Part shown: piece after piece, positions 1 through 11,802 of the stretch
How the letters are laid out: every line of letters begins with the position of its first letter
How positions within the stretch are numbered: position 1 is the stretch's first letter
Assembly (NCBI RefSeq): GCF_004010195.1
Contig: NC_057718.1
Coordinates: 38,569,821 to 38,616,285 of the forward strand
Reading direction: 5' to 3'
Source: Chiloscyllium plagiosum
Lineage: Eukaryota
DNA: 46,465 bases
Notes under the pieces: generated by a model
Seen by the model: the letters and a program-made list of their open reading frames with translations, nothing else
The model's database searches: none
What the model was told of the DNA's origin: nothing
Program-made: the position numbers and the translations under genes

Positions 1-787
1 ACTCTTTCAATCCAACCAGGCTATCATCATTTTGACTTTTCCTTCTCAAGTGAATCAACACAGGTTTCAGGAAGAGTATTTTGATTTTCCTCCAGTACTC
101 TATAACCTCCTGATCTGAACATTGACTTCAACAGTTGCAACTTCAGTGGTCTGTCTCATTTTTCTTTCAGTTTTATGAGCTCTACCTCTTGTGTTTTGCT
201 CATGTTTGTCCTCTTAAGTTTTTTCTTAGCCATTGAAATGTATTTGAATATCCTCCAGCAATCTTCAGTCCTTTCTGGTTTGTTTTAAGAAGATAATTCA
301 CTGGTTAATAAATACATTTATTGACATAATTATATTTTAACATATTTTCTGTTTTTTAGCCTTGTTCTTATTTAAGTCTCACTAAAGGGTACATCTATCT
401 TGCCTTTCAAATTCTGATGAAGAATTTTATCTCAAATGTAACCTTTCCTTTGTCTTTTCAGATCTCTGTGCATATCTATAATTGTGTTTATATTTCAGAC
501 ATATTGCTTTTTGTAGTTCCTTTTGTCTATTAGCACTATTTGTGATAAACTTTTACAGTGATTTAAAAAACTTTCTGAGATGATTCCCTCAACCTTTTTC
601 ATTCTCTTCTGTGGAAAACATTTGCCTGTTTTCTCCATTCTATCAGATAATATTGGTGATCTATCTTGTAATTTATGTTTAGAACTAAATTCATTTTCAT
701 TAAAGGCAACCAGGAGAAGGGTGAAATTTGATACAGAGAAGGTTCATATAAATCTGCTTGCACAGGTGACCACTCACGGAGAGACTG

Positions 788-1006
788 CAGGAGAAAATGA
801 GGACTGCAGATGCTGGAGATCAGAGTCACGAGTGTGGTGGTGGAAAAGCACAGCAGGTCAGGCAGCATCCGAGAAGTAAGAGAATCGATGTTTCGGGCAT
901 AAGCTCTTCGTCAGGAATTCATGATGAAGTACTTATGCTGGAAACGTTGACTCTCCCGCTCCTCGGATGCTACCTGACCTGCTGTGCTTTTTCTGGCATC
1001 ACACTC
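788..1006 (-). mobile_element. PLE-derived fold-back element, family 1, with hammerhead-like cores
   Basis: Inverted arms about 830-915 and 920-1006 around GAATTC; 8-bp direct repeat AGAGACTG at 780-787 and 1007-1014; minus strand 887-914 reads CTGACGA-A-GAGC-TTAT-GCCC-GAAACATC. Same sequence recurs at 15524, 17085 and 24230. Confidence 0.8.
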
Positions 1007-1751
1007 AGAGACTGTCTAATGTTAGTCCTGAATTGCAATGGGCAAATGTCACAGTTATTATTTGTAATTCATTTAGCAATGTCTAGTTCAAGTAATAATT
1101 CACCAAGAAAACACTGTAGTACTTAAGCAACCAATTGGTTTTGATTTTTCCTTTCCTTAATGTTTTTGCTTTTGAAGCATTATTTTTTCAAAGGTGTTTT
1201 TCTAACCTCTGAGCTTGAGTCAATTACAGAGAGTAAGTTAAGCACATTGCTATTTGAATGTCATTCTCAAATTAACGATGCCATTTCAGTCTTTAAATTT
1301 TTAAAGATACTGCCATTTGTCATTAATAACTAGTAATCATTTTTCAAATGGCAATAGAGCTACATGAGTTAGAACAGAAACAAAGGTACTGAATATGAAT
1401 ATTAAATAGTCACTAATATCACTAATGTCATTTTCTCAAATTACACTATAAAATTTCATTCTTTCATTCCTAGTTATCATTTAAGAGTTGAAATGACAAG
1501 CACTATTTAATCCTGACAGGAGGCAGAGGGTTTTTCAAGCAGAAACAAAAGTTGTTTTTAAAGTGTAAAAGTTGATGTAAAGTTCTGTTACAATGTGATA
1601 AATAATAGATTATGAATACAGTAGCAAAGTAAATAACCACACCCTGTTGTCATAACTATATATACAGACATATATATGGAATGCATGTTATATTTAGATG
1701 CAAGGATTTTGACTGATAACGTTACTCCAGTAGCAAATAGAATACCATTAC

Positions 1752-2074
1752 GGATGTAGGTTTGCTCGCTGAGCTTGAAGGTTTGTTTTCAGATGTTTCG
1801 TTACCATACTAGGTAACATAATCAGTGAGCCTCCGGATGAAGCACTGCTTTTTATGGCCTGCTTTTTATTTATGTGTTATTATAGTATTATTTTATAATA
1901 TTATTTATTCACATAAATAAAAAGCAGGCCATACCACCAGTGCTTCATTTGGATGCTCACTAATGATCTTACCTTGTATGGTGACAAAACGTCTGAAAAT
2001 GAACCTTCTAGCTCAGCGAGCAAACCTACATCCAGAAACTTAACATAAGCTACAAATCTTCTCAAAACTTGCTA
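1752..2074 (+). mobile_element. PLE-derived fold-back element, family 2, with degenerate hammerhead cores
   Basis: Inverted arms 1752-1876 and 1910-2033 around an AT-rich spacer; right arm continues to about 2074. Merging the arms gives CTGATGA-T-GTTACC-TAGTAT-GGTAAC-GAAACGTC-TGA. Confidence 0.75.
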
Positions 2075-2573
2075 CAAGTATTAGTTTAATTCTAGAGTAC
2101 TATATACATCAAGAAAATGTTAGGTGACATTATTTGACATAATAAATAAAGTACAATTTATGTGTGATGTTTGATATTGTAGACATTTTAAGGGAAAAAT
2201 ATGAAACTCAGTATGAATACCAATATAAAGCCTATATTCTTCCACTGACCATGTACAATTTGCCCTGTCATGGACTCTGACCAACAAAAGTAATATCTGT
2301 AAGAGAGGACCAATGCTGAAACTTTTCAAAATCTTTAAGGTAACCTAGAGAAATTAAGAGCACCGTTCCAGCATTACATCCAGTATTATTCAACCATGAC
2401 TGGCTATTTCCAGGGATTTTGTGGGCAATTTTAACCTTACATGACTTGTGGAAATCTGACCTTCCTAATATACTTGGGGCTGGATTTTACATTAAGAAGT
2501 TGAGATCATTTTCTCCTCAAATGTAAAATCTATTTTGATGATGTTAGGTCACTAACCCAATTACATCACACCA

Positions 2574-2873
2574 ATTAGAATCCCTACAGTGTGGAAACAG
2601 GCCCTTTGGCCCAACAAGTGCACACCGACCCTCCGAAGAGTAACGCACCAGACCCATTCCCCTACATTTACCCCTGACTAATAACCTACACAATGGGCAA
2701 TTTAGCATATCCAATTCTCCTAAACTGCACATCTTTGGATTGTGGGAGGAAACCCACGCAGACACTGGGAGAATGTGCAAACTCCACACAGACAGTTGCC
2801 CGAGACCGGAATCAAACTCTGGTCCCTGGTGCTGTGAGGCAGCAATGGTAATCACTGAGCTACCATGCCACCC
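2574..2873 (-). mobile_element. tRNA-derived SINE, HE1/V-SINE type, with CR1-like tail
   Basis: Minus strand starts GGGTGGCATGGTAGCTCAGTG (A box) ... GAGTTTGATTCC (B box); central TGTCTGTGTGGAGTTTGCACATTCTCCC; tail GGGCCAAAGGGCCTGTTTCCACACTGTAGGGATTCTAAT resembling the CR1 tails in this window. Confidence 0.85.
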
Positions 2874-3932
2874 TTAATCTCTGCTAACATAGTGACTGTT
2901 GAAATCAGCAACACATCCATTTGTTTTTAATTCATTTTTTCTTTATAACCCAGAAGTTCTATCACATGCTACCAAATGGATTTTTCTCCATCAAATCACC
3001 TGTGGCAATTTTCACATATTAACAAGCACCATTAAATCATCCATATTTCCATTTGTTCAATGTACATGCAGAACATACTAAGGGAAATGCAATAACACCA
3101 AATGTGAGGGAAAGGTAGGGAGAAGGCTAAGTCAAATTGGAGTTGGAAAGGGAAATAAAACACCCAATCCTCTGCAGTGCCCACCTTCCTATCAGTGGAC
3201 ACTGTGTTCTCCCTTTACAATGACAGGTTCAAATGTAGCAATAAAAGAGAGGCAGGCAATCATCAACTATGACTCCTCCCCCATGTTTTAATGGCCAACT
3301 TGGCCATGACCAGGATCTGATCCAGAGAGGTCTTCTGACTTACCCACATCCCTCCTGGCCAGAGATCAGGAGTGTGGGGCTGAAGTGCAATCTAAAGTAC
3401 AACAAAGGATTTTTCAAATAACTAAAAAGAGATGCACTTGCCCACAGTTGATATATATCCATAGACTCCCCAGCAACTCAAAATAAACAGTTGGGCTGGG
3501 AGTCCATTAATTGCCACAATCTGTGTTTACTCGGGACCTCTGCATTCACCACCCTTCATTCCAGGTCCTCTCCAATGGGGATCCCTGCCACCCAGCAGTA
3601 AACCCACTGTTTTTTTTTCAACTGAAAACTTTTATGCTTGTTAACAAATCAATAGGCCTAGCTAATGATTACACTGCAAAATCTATACATAGGACTGAGA
3701 GGAAGTAAAATGATAGTCACCATCCAGGTCCATAATTGAACATGTACGTGAGATGGTGCTGTGCAGTTGGTTCTTTTTGGAACCTCACTCATGGCCATGA
3801 TCATGCACAATCTGCTCTTCCAGAGAAGGGGAGTCTTGGTGAAGCAGAGGGTGAGCCATACCAGTCAGCTGCACACCCAGTCATACCTCCTGAGGTAATG
3901 CACTAGAAATCGAGCCCAAGAGTCATCACATA

Positions 3933-4817
3933 TGTAAAACCACGACTAAAGCATCCAAGTGCCTGATTTTATCTAACCGTATAATTCAGGTTACTATCAT
4001 TAGTAAGAAAATCACGTTGCATTCAAACAGTTTAACCAATGGCAAAAAAGAAATACGAATGACTAATTTATAACTAAATAACTTAAACTTCATCCCTTTT
4101 AGAAAATACCCATACACATATAAACAGATACATAAATAGACACGACAAGCCACGAACATTACAGGTAGGAACGGAACACAAAATGTCACTGGAGCATAGT
4201 TCTGGCACCAGTTCAGATTACAGGCATCGATGAGACGTTTTCCTTTGGTTCCCTTCTGATTCCTTTGAGCTGTTTGTTGAGGACACGATGTTGTGGACAC
4301 ACTGATTCTCAATCTTTCATTCACTGAAGATTTTTTTCTCTTTTTCCTTTCAAAAAGCGAGTTTGCTGAGAGAGAGAGAAAGGGAGGCCAGCTGCTTGGA
4401 ATTTTCCTTCCTTTTTCCACTTGCAAAAGGGAGAAAGAGATACAGAGAGATGTGCTTTTTCTTTCAGAGGCTGAATGTTTCGGCTGCAATGACCGAACAC
4501 AGAGCTATAGCCATCTGTCCATGAACCAGTCAAGAAGCTGTTACTATCCTGAGCACTCCAGAACACAGACATCGCGGCCTAGTTGAAAAATTAATCAAAA
4601 GTCTGTCATTGGGAAAAACTGTCCTGAACACATACCTATAAAGCCAAGATGTCTAACATCCTACCACACTGCTTGATGAGGCAACATTGTAGGCACAACT
4701 CACAACAAGTTCAATAACTGCTTTTTTAAAAGCTGCAACATCTTCTTCCATGGTCCCTTGGTTTAAAACAGTAAGTTTTCCCATTTTGTACTCCACCGTC
4801 CAAAAGTGATCTTTACA
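3933..4817. mobile_element. possible solo LTR
   Basis: Block bounded by TGTAAA...TTTACA with no coding capacity; no clear TSD. Confidence 0.3.
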
Positions 4818-5451
4818 CTATTAGCTCTGTATCATCTGTTTATCTGTAACGTCTTGGCTGCATTTATCTTTCCTCATATTTCACATGCATAACCTTTGCA
4901 GCTTCTGCTAGGGAAACGGACAGGTGAGTGGGTTGTTAATGTAGACATACTAAATGAGGCCAATCAGAGGGACGCACATGAATACTGCCCCCCCACCCCC
5001 TCCCCCGTACTGAAATCATGCTTTCAAATGAGTGACCAACATGTCCTATATGCATGGGCTGCAATTCTCAATGATCCTAACACATTCACAGGTGTTTTAG
5101 TTCATAAGCTTCTTTACCATACTCACCTCCCCCTCCCCCAGCACCACTAACACCCAGTCCAAGAATCTCAAAGTGCAAGGAGGAGGAGTTGCATTTCTGC
5201 TTCATGTTGCCTTGTGCACTTGCTAAGACAATAGGCAGGTCCACAGTTGACATATAATATATCCCTGAACCTTTACATAGCAAGTGAAATTATTCAAACA
5301 TCATGTTTGAATGACCAGAAATTCTGTCTGTAAAGTTCCAGCCAAGCCTGCTAGCAGAGTAGCACATCCAATAGAGTAATGCTCATGGCAAGCCAAAGTT
5401 TTGAACTGGCAACTCCGGATTAGCTGAACACATACAAGATGGTGCTGGCAA

Positions 5452-5490
5452 ATTCTGAAGAAGGGTCACTGGACTTGAAATATAAGCTCT
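5452..5490 (+). repeat. fragment of family 3 hammerhead-bearing PLE-derived repeat
   Basis: CTGAAGA-A-GGGTC-ACTG-GACTT-GAAA at 5455-5480, homologous to 20855-20880 and 37364-37390. Confidence 0.5.
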
Positions 5491-5724
5491 TACTCACTGC
5501 TACTTTATAAATGTCAAGAGATTTCACAACCCTCTGACTCTTAAATTCTGTTCTAAAGGCTACTAATTATCATGCAGTTCCTGCCAACCCTTTTCAGGGT
5601 GCCTTTAAACAAGTGACTATGACTGGTTGATAACATGTCCCTTCTTACCTCCAACCTTTCCTATTTGGCAAACTGGCCAAACTACCCTTCCTAATTTGCT
5701 GACTTTCTGCCAGTCACACATTAA

Positions 5725-6520
5725 TTGATATTTGATTCATTTATTGTGACTTGCATCTTGTTACAAAATACAGTGAAAAATGTTGCATAGTATTGCCACT
5801 CCTTGGTGCCATCTTAAAACACAGAACATAGAAGATAATGGTAGAAAAATGAAGAAATAGAGAAAAAGTATCCAACTTTACAGTGCTTCTTGTTAAGTGT
5901 TCTCTCATGGGCCATGGGCCTCATGGCCAGGAACGAGTCTCCTTCACCACGTTGCTTCTGCTGGAACAGAAGTCACTAATCTTTGGTGTCATCTCGCCTC
6001 TACCAATGCCCCTGCCACTGAGTCTTCGATGAACCTTGCCAGTGCAGATGCTGCTGGATACTTCACCAGCCCAAACTTGATTCCGCCTTCGCCATGAGTC
6101 TGCTTCAGGCCCACCTCACCAATGTACCCAATGCTGATGGCACCAGGTCTCGTACTGAGCCCAAATCTACCTCCTTGAATCTGCACTGGACACAGATGCT
6201 GTCAGGAACCCAAACTCTCCTCCACCGCAGCAGCCATGAGTTGGCGCTAGGACTGCCTCGACAATGCAGATGCCACCAGAAACCCAAACTCGCTCCTGCT
6301 GCTGCTGCCACGGATTGGTGCTGCTGGGCCTATTCGAGTCTGCAGTGCTGGGCCTACTTGCTGCCTGTCATTGCCGCTACCGAGCTCTTAACCAAGAGGT
6401 AAGTAAAATAAAATAAAAGGAAAAAAAAAGAGAGAAAAAAGAAAGAGAAGAAATGAAAAGAAAAGCAGATGGAGTTGATGAGCCCAGACTCAGAAGCCCT
6501 ACTCCACCACCATGTTACTG
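5725..6520 (-). mobile_element. non-autonomous LINE-derived retroelement, family unassigned
   Basis: Minus strand starts AACATGGTGGTGGAGTAGG, then a pyrimidine tract and GC-rich body, and ends TTTTCACTGTATTTTGTAAC...GTCACAATAAATGAATCAAATATCAA, a LINE-like tail. No RT coding. Confidence 0.5.
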
Positions 6521-7555
6521 AACGCAATCATTGGCTGCAGGATGCTTTACTTGACATCTTTAACAGATTTGGGTCGGAGTGAAATGCACACTTTCTAACT
6601 AGACTCATGTTCACTACTGAGAAGTGTAAAATTCACCCCCAGATTTGCATCCTGCTTAATATTACTCACCTTTGGCTTCATTGAAGAACAAAATTAAGTA
6701 CAGTGCAGGACCAGTGTTGAACCAAGGCAAATTGCCTATCCTGTTTCAGGGTTCTCAGCACCACAGGAGGCTTATTATTTTCTAAAGCCATTGTTCATTG
6801 CTGACTGCACTTACCAGTATAATCTGCAATTTAGTTCCATTTATACATTTTTTGAAAGATGTCATTTCCCAAACTGTCAATTTTGTTTAATAACTGTTTC
6901 TTCCTATTAAACATTTTATTGGGCGCAGTATTTTCCACTTTCAATTTGTAATGATACTCAGGGTGTAATATCTTTGCTAATTTTACTGAAAATAAGATTC
7001 GCTAGATTATGCCTGTTTTTGCTTTATTTTAGTAAAAATAGGACTTAATCCTCTTAAAGAAGCTTGTTTATAATTCAGTGACATATACTCTGCTGATCAT
7101 TGAAGGAAAATTTATATGCTTTAATGTTTAATATGTAAATAATAAATTATTGATAATGGGTTTTTGATTGTCCACTGTTGGTTAACTTCACAGAATCTTG
7201 AGGCTAATTCTCAATTTAATTTTTTGATGATGTGATACTGGCGAAGAATTTTCCCTGCTGTCTGCGAGTATTATCATTTCATGCATTAGCTGGCTGTGAA
7301 TTTTTATCTGTGTGGAGAGAAAATCATTAATATTTCACCTGTAATTTCCTGATGTTTATTAGCAGTGGCCATGGTTCTCTGCTACTAGTTCAATGATTAC
7401 AGTTCTGAACAATACTGTTTAGCATTCACCAGTGGATTGAGTGAAGTCCTGCATATATGTTTAATGACAATTTTGAGTCTAGAGGAATGAACGAAACAAC
7501 ATTTCTTTTAATGGTTTCTGGGCAGCATGCTTAGGGAAATTATTTAATAAAATAA

Positions 7556-7644
7556 AAAGAGGAAATGCTGGACCCTATCAGCAGGTTAGACAAAATCTCC
7601 AAGGAGACAGTTGTCATTTCAAGTTAGTGGTCTTTCACCAGAAT
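7556..7644 (-). repeat. degenerate family 3 PLE-derived repeat
   Basis: Minus strand TTCTGGTGAAAGACCACTAACTTGAAA...ACCTGCTGA...TCCAGCATTTC aligns by eye to 20852-20940. Confidence 0.5.
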
Positions 7645-7669
7645 CATTCACAAGGGAACACAAGATGAG

Positions 7670-8250
7670 AAGTTTAAGTTTGAGGCACTGGGGACCAGGA
7701 GCTAGCTTAGGTTAGTGACATAAGGGTAGTCAGTCAGCAGGATTAGAAAATAGGCAGAAATGTTTTGAATGAATTCACATCTTAAAAAACATGGTTTATG
7801 GGAGGTTGGTCAAGGAAAAGTTGGATCCGTTGCTTCTGGAGGTGAAAAAGGCAAGAATGAAGGTTTCAACAGCTGATGGCCCAAAGTAGGGATAAAGGCA
7901 GACAATATTATGAATATGGAAGCAAATAATCTTTGTAATGTAAAGAATATGGGAGCAGAAACTCAACTTGTGCCATCATATAGTGAAGATGAGTACAGTC
8001 AGCTACAATTAAGATTGTGGCTGAGAAGAAAATGGAATCAATGCCAAGAGGTTACAGAATGGATTGGTTGAAGACAACAGCTTTAGTCTTCCCAATCTTT
8101 AACTAGTTGAAGTTGGAATTTGTTCAGAACAAAAGGTCAAAACAGCAGATTGATAACACTGAAGCAGTGGACCTGACTAGAAAAATGAGTGAGAGCTCGA
8201 GCAGAATATGTAACGTAAAGCCATGTCTTTGGATGTTGTAAGCAAGGATC
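7670..8250 (-). mobile_element. decayed L2 LINE fragment
   Basis: Minus strand near 8070-8110 encodes LKIGKTKAVVF, resembling the L2 ORF2 L-N-x-x-K-T-E motif. Boundaries approximate. Confidence 0.5.
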
Positions 8251-8602
8251 AGGTGGGATCTCTCATAACTTCAGCCATTTATCCAGTGTTTCCATGGGTT
8301 CATTTGCTGAAGTTCTATCAAACAGGCGAGGAACCATATCGTAATTCACTGCCATTATATCTATTCATAAGCATCCTAGACCTTAACCAAAGTCACAAAT
8401 ATGATTATTGTTATTAGTGTCTGAAGTGTTTCTTGCATGATCTAATCAAATCTGTTCAAAACGTATCTTGAGAAAGAGTGGGATAACACCTTGAGACATT
8501 AAATAACAAGTATCATACCAAGTAGGTGACTTGTTCATGTTCAGTATTCTGGTGTGTCTGGGATTGGTGTCTGATGCTTACTGTCATTATTGTGTTGACC
8601 AG

Positions 8603-8824
8603 ATAACAGCTATGGTGATGGAGACCACCATGGTTCCTCATCAGACAGTGAAGATGAGGTGCTTGGCAAATACCATGAGGCTTTGTCCAAAACACAGATC
8701 GCCTCTGGTGCAGCATCAGACAGCAGACACCATCAGAAAGGGTACTTGTGGGAATCCAGACTCAAATATAGTCCTCTGTCAGCTGAATATGATGGATACA
8801 GCAGTGAGGCATCTGCAGATGAAG
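8603..8824 (+). CDS. SYT14: internal coding exon of synaptotagmin-14 (linker between TM and C2A), 222 bp, phase 1-1
   Basis: Acceptor GTTGACCAG|AT, donor GAAG|GTAAGA. Translates NSYGDGDHHGSSSDSEDEVLGKYHEALSKTQIASGAASDSRHHQKGYLWESRLKYSPLSAEYDGYSSEASADE, matching from recall vertebrate SYT14 HGSSSESEDEALGKYHEALSRT...KYSPLSAEYDGYSSEASIDEG. Neighbouring exons not found in the window. Confidence 0.92.
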
Positions 8825-9515
8825 GTAAGACAATTCGCTTGATTTCACAGCTCCGGATAAAAATAAAGATATTGCAGATGATGAGATCATCTGTGTTGAG
8901 GGCAATTTTTTAGTCAAGTTCAACCACTTTTGGAACACTTAGGGCTACATAAAAAGTACTAATTAGGATTCTTATTATGTGTCTCAGTAGTTTGATTATC
9001 GGCCCATTGTGATTATTTTATTACAATTCACTTCTTTCTCTCTATGAACAAAAAGGCAAAATCGGTCTGTGTTGTGCTTGAAATAGATTTATATATTAGT
9101 TACCTTTTCTACTTTGTATACTGCATTTTTTCACTTTTGCTGACTATTTGCACAATGATATCTACTAATATTTTGTGCATGATAGTTTTCAAAATAAGGC
9201 TTGCCCTGTATACTTATCACTTATACAAGTTCAATGTATATTCAGTTTAATATATATATTTGGCATTTATTTTTTGAGGAATAATTTGTGGTAAATTATT
9301 AGATTTAAAAATAATTAATAAAATTTGCCTTAAGTATTATATCTGTACTAGAGATGTTACATTGATTAAATCAGAACCAATTTAAATTTATAGATCCTTC
9401 TTGCAGGAGCTTTAATCTGATAGTAACTTGGTAGTGAGAATTACCCAGGTAGGGGTCAATGCAGTTGTCAAACCAAACTTAAGTTAATAGTATGAGGCCC
9501 AGATTTGTTTAGCTA

Positions 9516-11398
9516 CTTTTTTGTATTTCAAAAAAACACTTTATTTGTAAAATATCTTTATATACAAACATAATCACTAAAGCAGCTCATTTCTATACAG
9601 TGGCAAAAGGAGTACAAACAAACATTGGACTTTGACTCTACTAAAAAAACCAAAGGCACCCCTTACTTCTACGACTATATTCACATGTATTTGAGGCACA
9701 GGGATGTCTGATCATTGAATAGCCATCCATTTAACTTTTGCAGGAAGACAGACAATGGGCTTTCTCCACTGTGCCTTGGCAGCAGCTGCCCCAAGCATGT
9801 CCCTCAGCATGTAGTCGTGGAGTTTTGGAATATGCCAGTCTGCAACACTTAGCTGAGGTCAACTCCTTGCGCTGGAAGACCAACAAGTTTCGGGCAGACC
9901 AAAATGCATCTCTTATCGATTTGATGGTGCTCCGGTTTGTCTCTGTGTGTGTCCTGGGGAACAGACCATAGAGCAGAATCCCACATCATGAAGCTGCTCA
10001 ACAAAAACCACTGCACCTTTCTCAGATTTCCTTTGCAATGGCAGTCATCACCCATGCCCCCACAGCTGCTTCAAGGGCAGCATATGGTTGCACACACAGT
10101 CGGGCATTTAAGAAGGATCTCACAAATAGATCTCACCACCAGCCAAGTGATGTCTTGGTACTTGGCACTTGACTTCTGATTTGGTACTTGTTGGAAAGTT
10201 CTGGTGATGAGACATTTTGCCAAATGACTTTGATAGTCTGATCAGGGAACAACCCGACAGGACTCGCTCTTTCTTTTTCCCAGAGGGACTTGTGGTCAAA
10301 GATGTTTCTCTTTGCAAATTTCTCTATGAAGGACAGGTGATATGGAACAGTCCAACTACTTGGATTGGTCTCCGGAAATGAGGCCAGTCCCATTCTTCGC
10401 AACATCAGGGACAGAATGTAGTGACACTTGGTGTTTGTGCTATTGAGGGTCTACACAGAGCTTGATGCAGCCACATACAAAGATGGCCATCAGGATAAGG
10501 GTGGCATAGGGTATGTTCTAACTCCCTCCACTATTTTATCCGGTGTTTTGTACATGGTATCCTTGCAGACATGGTCCATCTTACACCTCCAGATGAAGTG
10601 GAAGATGGCTTGAATGACTGTAATGGTGCAAGATTGGGGAATAGACCAGACCTGCATTATGAACAACAACAGAGAGAGTGCCTTAAACCTGATAACCAAA
10701 TTCTGACACACAGTTTATGTCTCACCATGGCAATACGCTCCTCCCAAGTTTTTGTACACACCGTAGCCATTCTGAACTATATTCCCAGCACTTACAGGTA
10801 ATCTATCCTGACGTTGAAGAGTATAAAGGTTGGCCAGTTCGCAAAAAACATGACCTTGCTCTTGTCTCGATTAACCTTGGCTCCTGAGGCCAGTTCAAAC
10901 TGGTTGCAGATGCTCATGAGTCTGCACACTGACAGTGGATCTGAGCAGAAAACCGTGACATCATCCATGTACAGGGAGGCTTTGTCATGCAGGCATTCAC
11001 TGCCTGGAATAGTCACTCCTCTCAGGCTCACATTCTTCCTGATGGACTCAGCAAAAGCTCTATACAACACACAAGGAAGGCAGGAGACAAGGCTGCCCTG
11101 TCTGACTCCAAATCTGATCAGGAAGCTTTCTGATTCCCACAATGTTGGTGTAGAGCAGTCTGATCCAATTACAAATTCCCTTCCCAAAGCCCATTTTGGA
11201 GAGCTCATCCCACATGTTAAAGGCCTTCTCCTCATTCAGACTGTTGAGGCAGGTGCCCACTTCCCTGTCCTGCACAAAGGCAATTGTATCGCTGAGGAGC
11301 ACGAGGCTGTCCAAGATTGACCTACCTGGTACAGCACCCACGTTTGGTGGGGTGAATCACCAATCTCGGAGCAGACTTGATCTGGTTGGCAGTGACCT
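9516..11398 (-). mobile_element. 5'-truncated, frameshifted Tx1/L1-clade LINE (ORF2 RT to 3' end)
   Basis: Minus-strand peptides AVPGRSILDSLVLLSDTI...EKAF, GVRQG, LYMDDVTVF, ASGAKVNRDKS; AATAAA and A-rich tail near 9516-9545. Confidence 0.85.
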
Positions 11399-11474
11399 TT
11401 GGAATATTGTGTGCAATTCTGGTCTCCTTCCTCAAGGAAGAATGTTGTGAAATTTGAAAGGGTTCAGAAAAGAT
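11399..11474 (+). mobile_element. short internal CR1 fragment at the Tx1 5' junction
   Basis: TTGGAATATTGTGTGCAATTCTGGTCTCC...GAAAGGGTTCAGAAAA matches CR1 at about 33835-33910 and, inverted, 40350-40420. Confidence 0.75.
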
Positions 11475-11669
11475 GATGTACAAAGTACTTATAGCCACTG
11501 TATGCTCTCTTCCTGTCCCCCTTTTTAGAACCCTAGGAAACCACTTATGTTATGTCTCATGGTCAGTACATTAGTATACCTTTAACAAATCTGCTTATGA
11601 TATCATCACTGTATCATAGTATGTGATCTGAGGGTATAAAGGTCTGCATCGCAAACCAGCCATCGAGCA

Positions 11670-11802
11670 AATTGAGCTAACTGACCCAACAGCACAGTTC
11701 AATTCCCACACTGGCTGAGGTCACCACGAAGGTCCTGCTTTTTCAACCTCATCCCTTAGCAGAGGTTTGAAGAGAGTAGTCCTATGGTCCTCTAGTGGCT
11801 TT
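11670..11802 (+). repeat. decayed SINE-like repeat related to 25140-25260
   Basis: B-box-like GTTCAATTCC; shared AACCT...CCCTT...GAGG and GAGAG...TGGTCCTCT with the 25140 copy. Confidence 0.4.

Noticed and set aside
411..500. Additional hammerhead at CTGATGA 414-420
   Set aside because: No stem II or GAAA box follows; at most a very decayed family 3 copy.
797..1126. Recurrent peptides MRTADAGDQS / CCWKSAAGQAAS in several ORFs as a gene family
   Set aside because: They are translations of the family 1 non-coding repeat on both strands.
2800..2873. tRNA gene
   Set aside because: The A and B boxes belong to a SINE head; no full cloverleaf.
3986..4489. 167-aa ORF
   Set aside because: Low-complexity translation with no domain or splice support.
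7225..7352. Possible C/D box snoRNA (TGATGA...CTGA)
   Set aside because: No terminal stem and no guide sequence I recognise.
8531..8913. ORFs 8531-8842 and 8659-8913 as complete genes
   Set aside because: The first is off-frame; the second is part of the SYT14 exon read through the splice donor.
9480..9520. Sequence-specific Tx1 target such as U2, 5S or tRNA
   Set aside because: The flank does not resemble these RNAs by eye.
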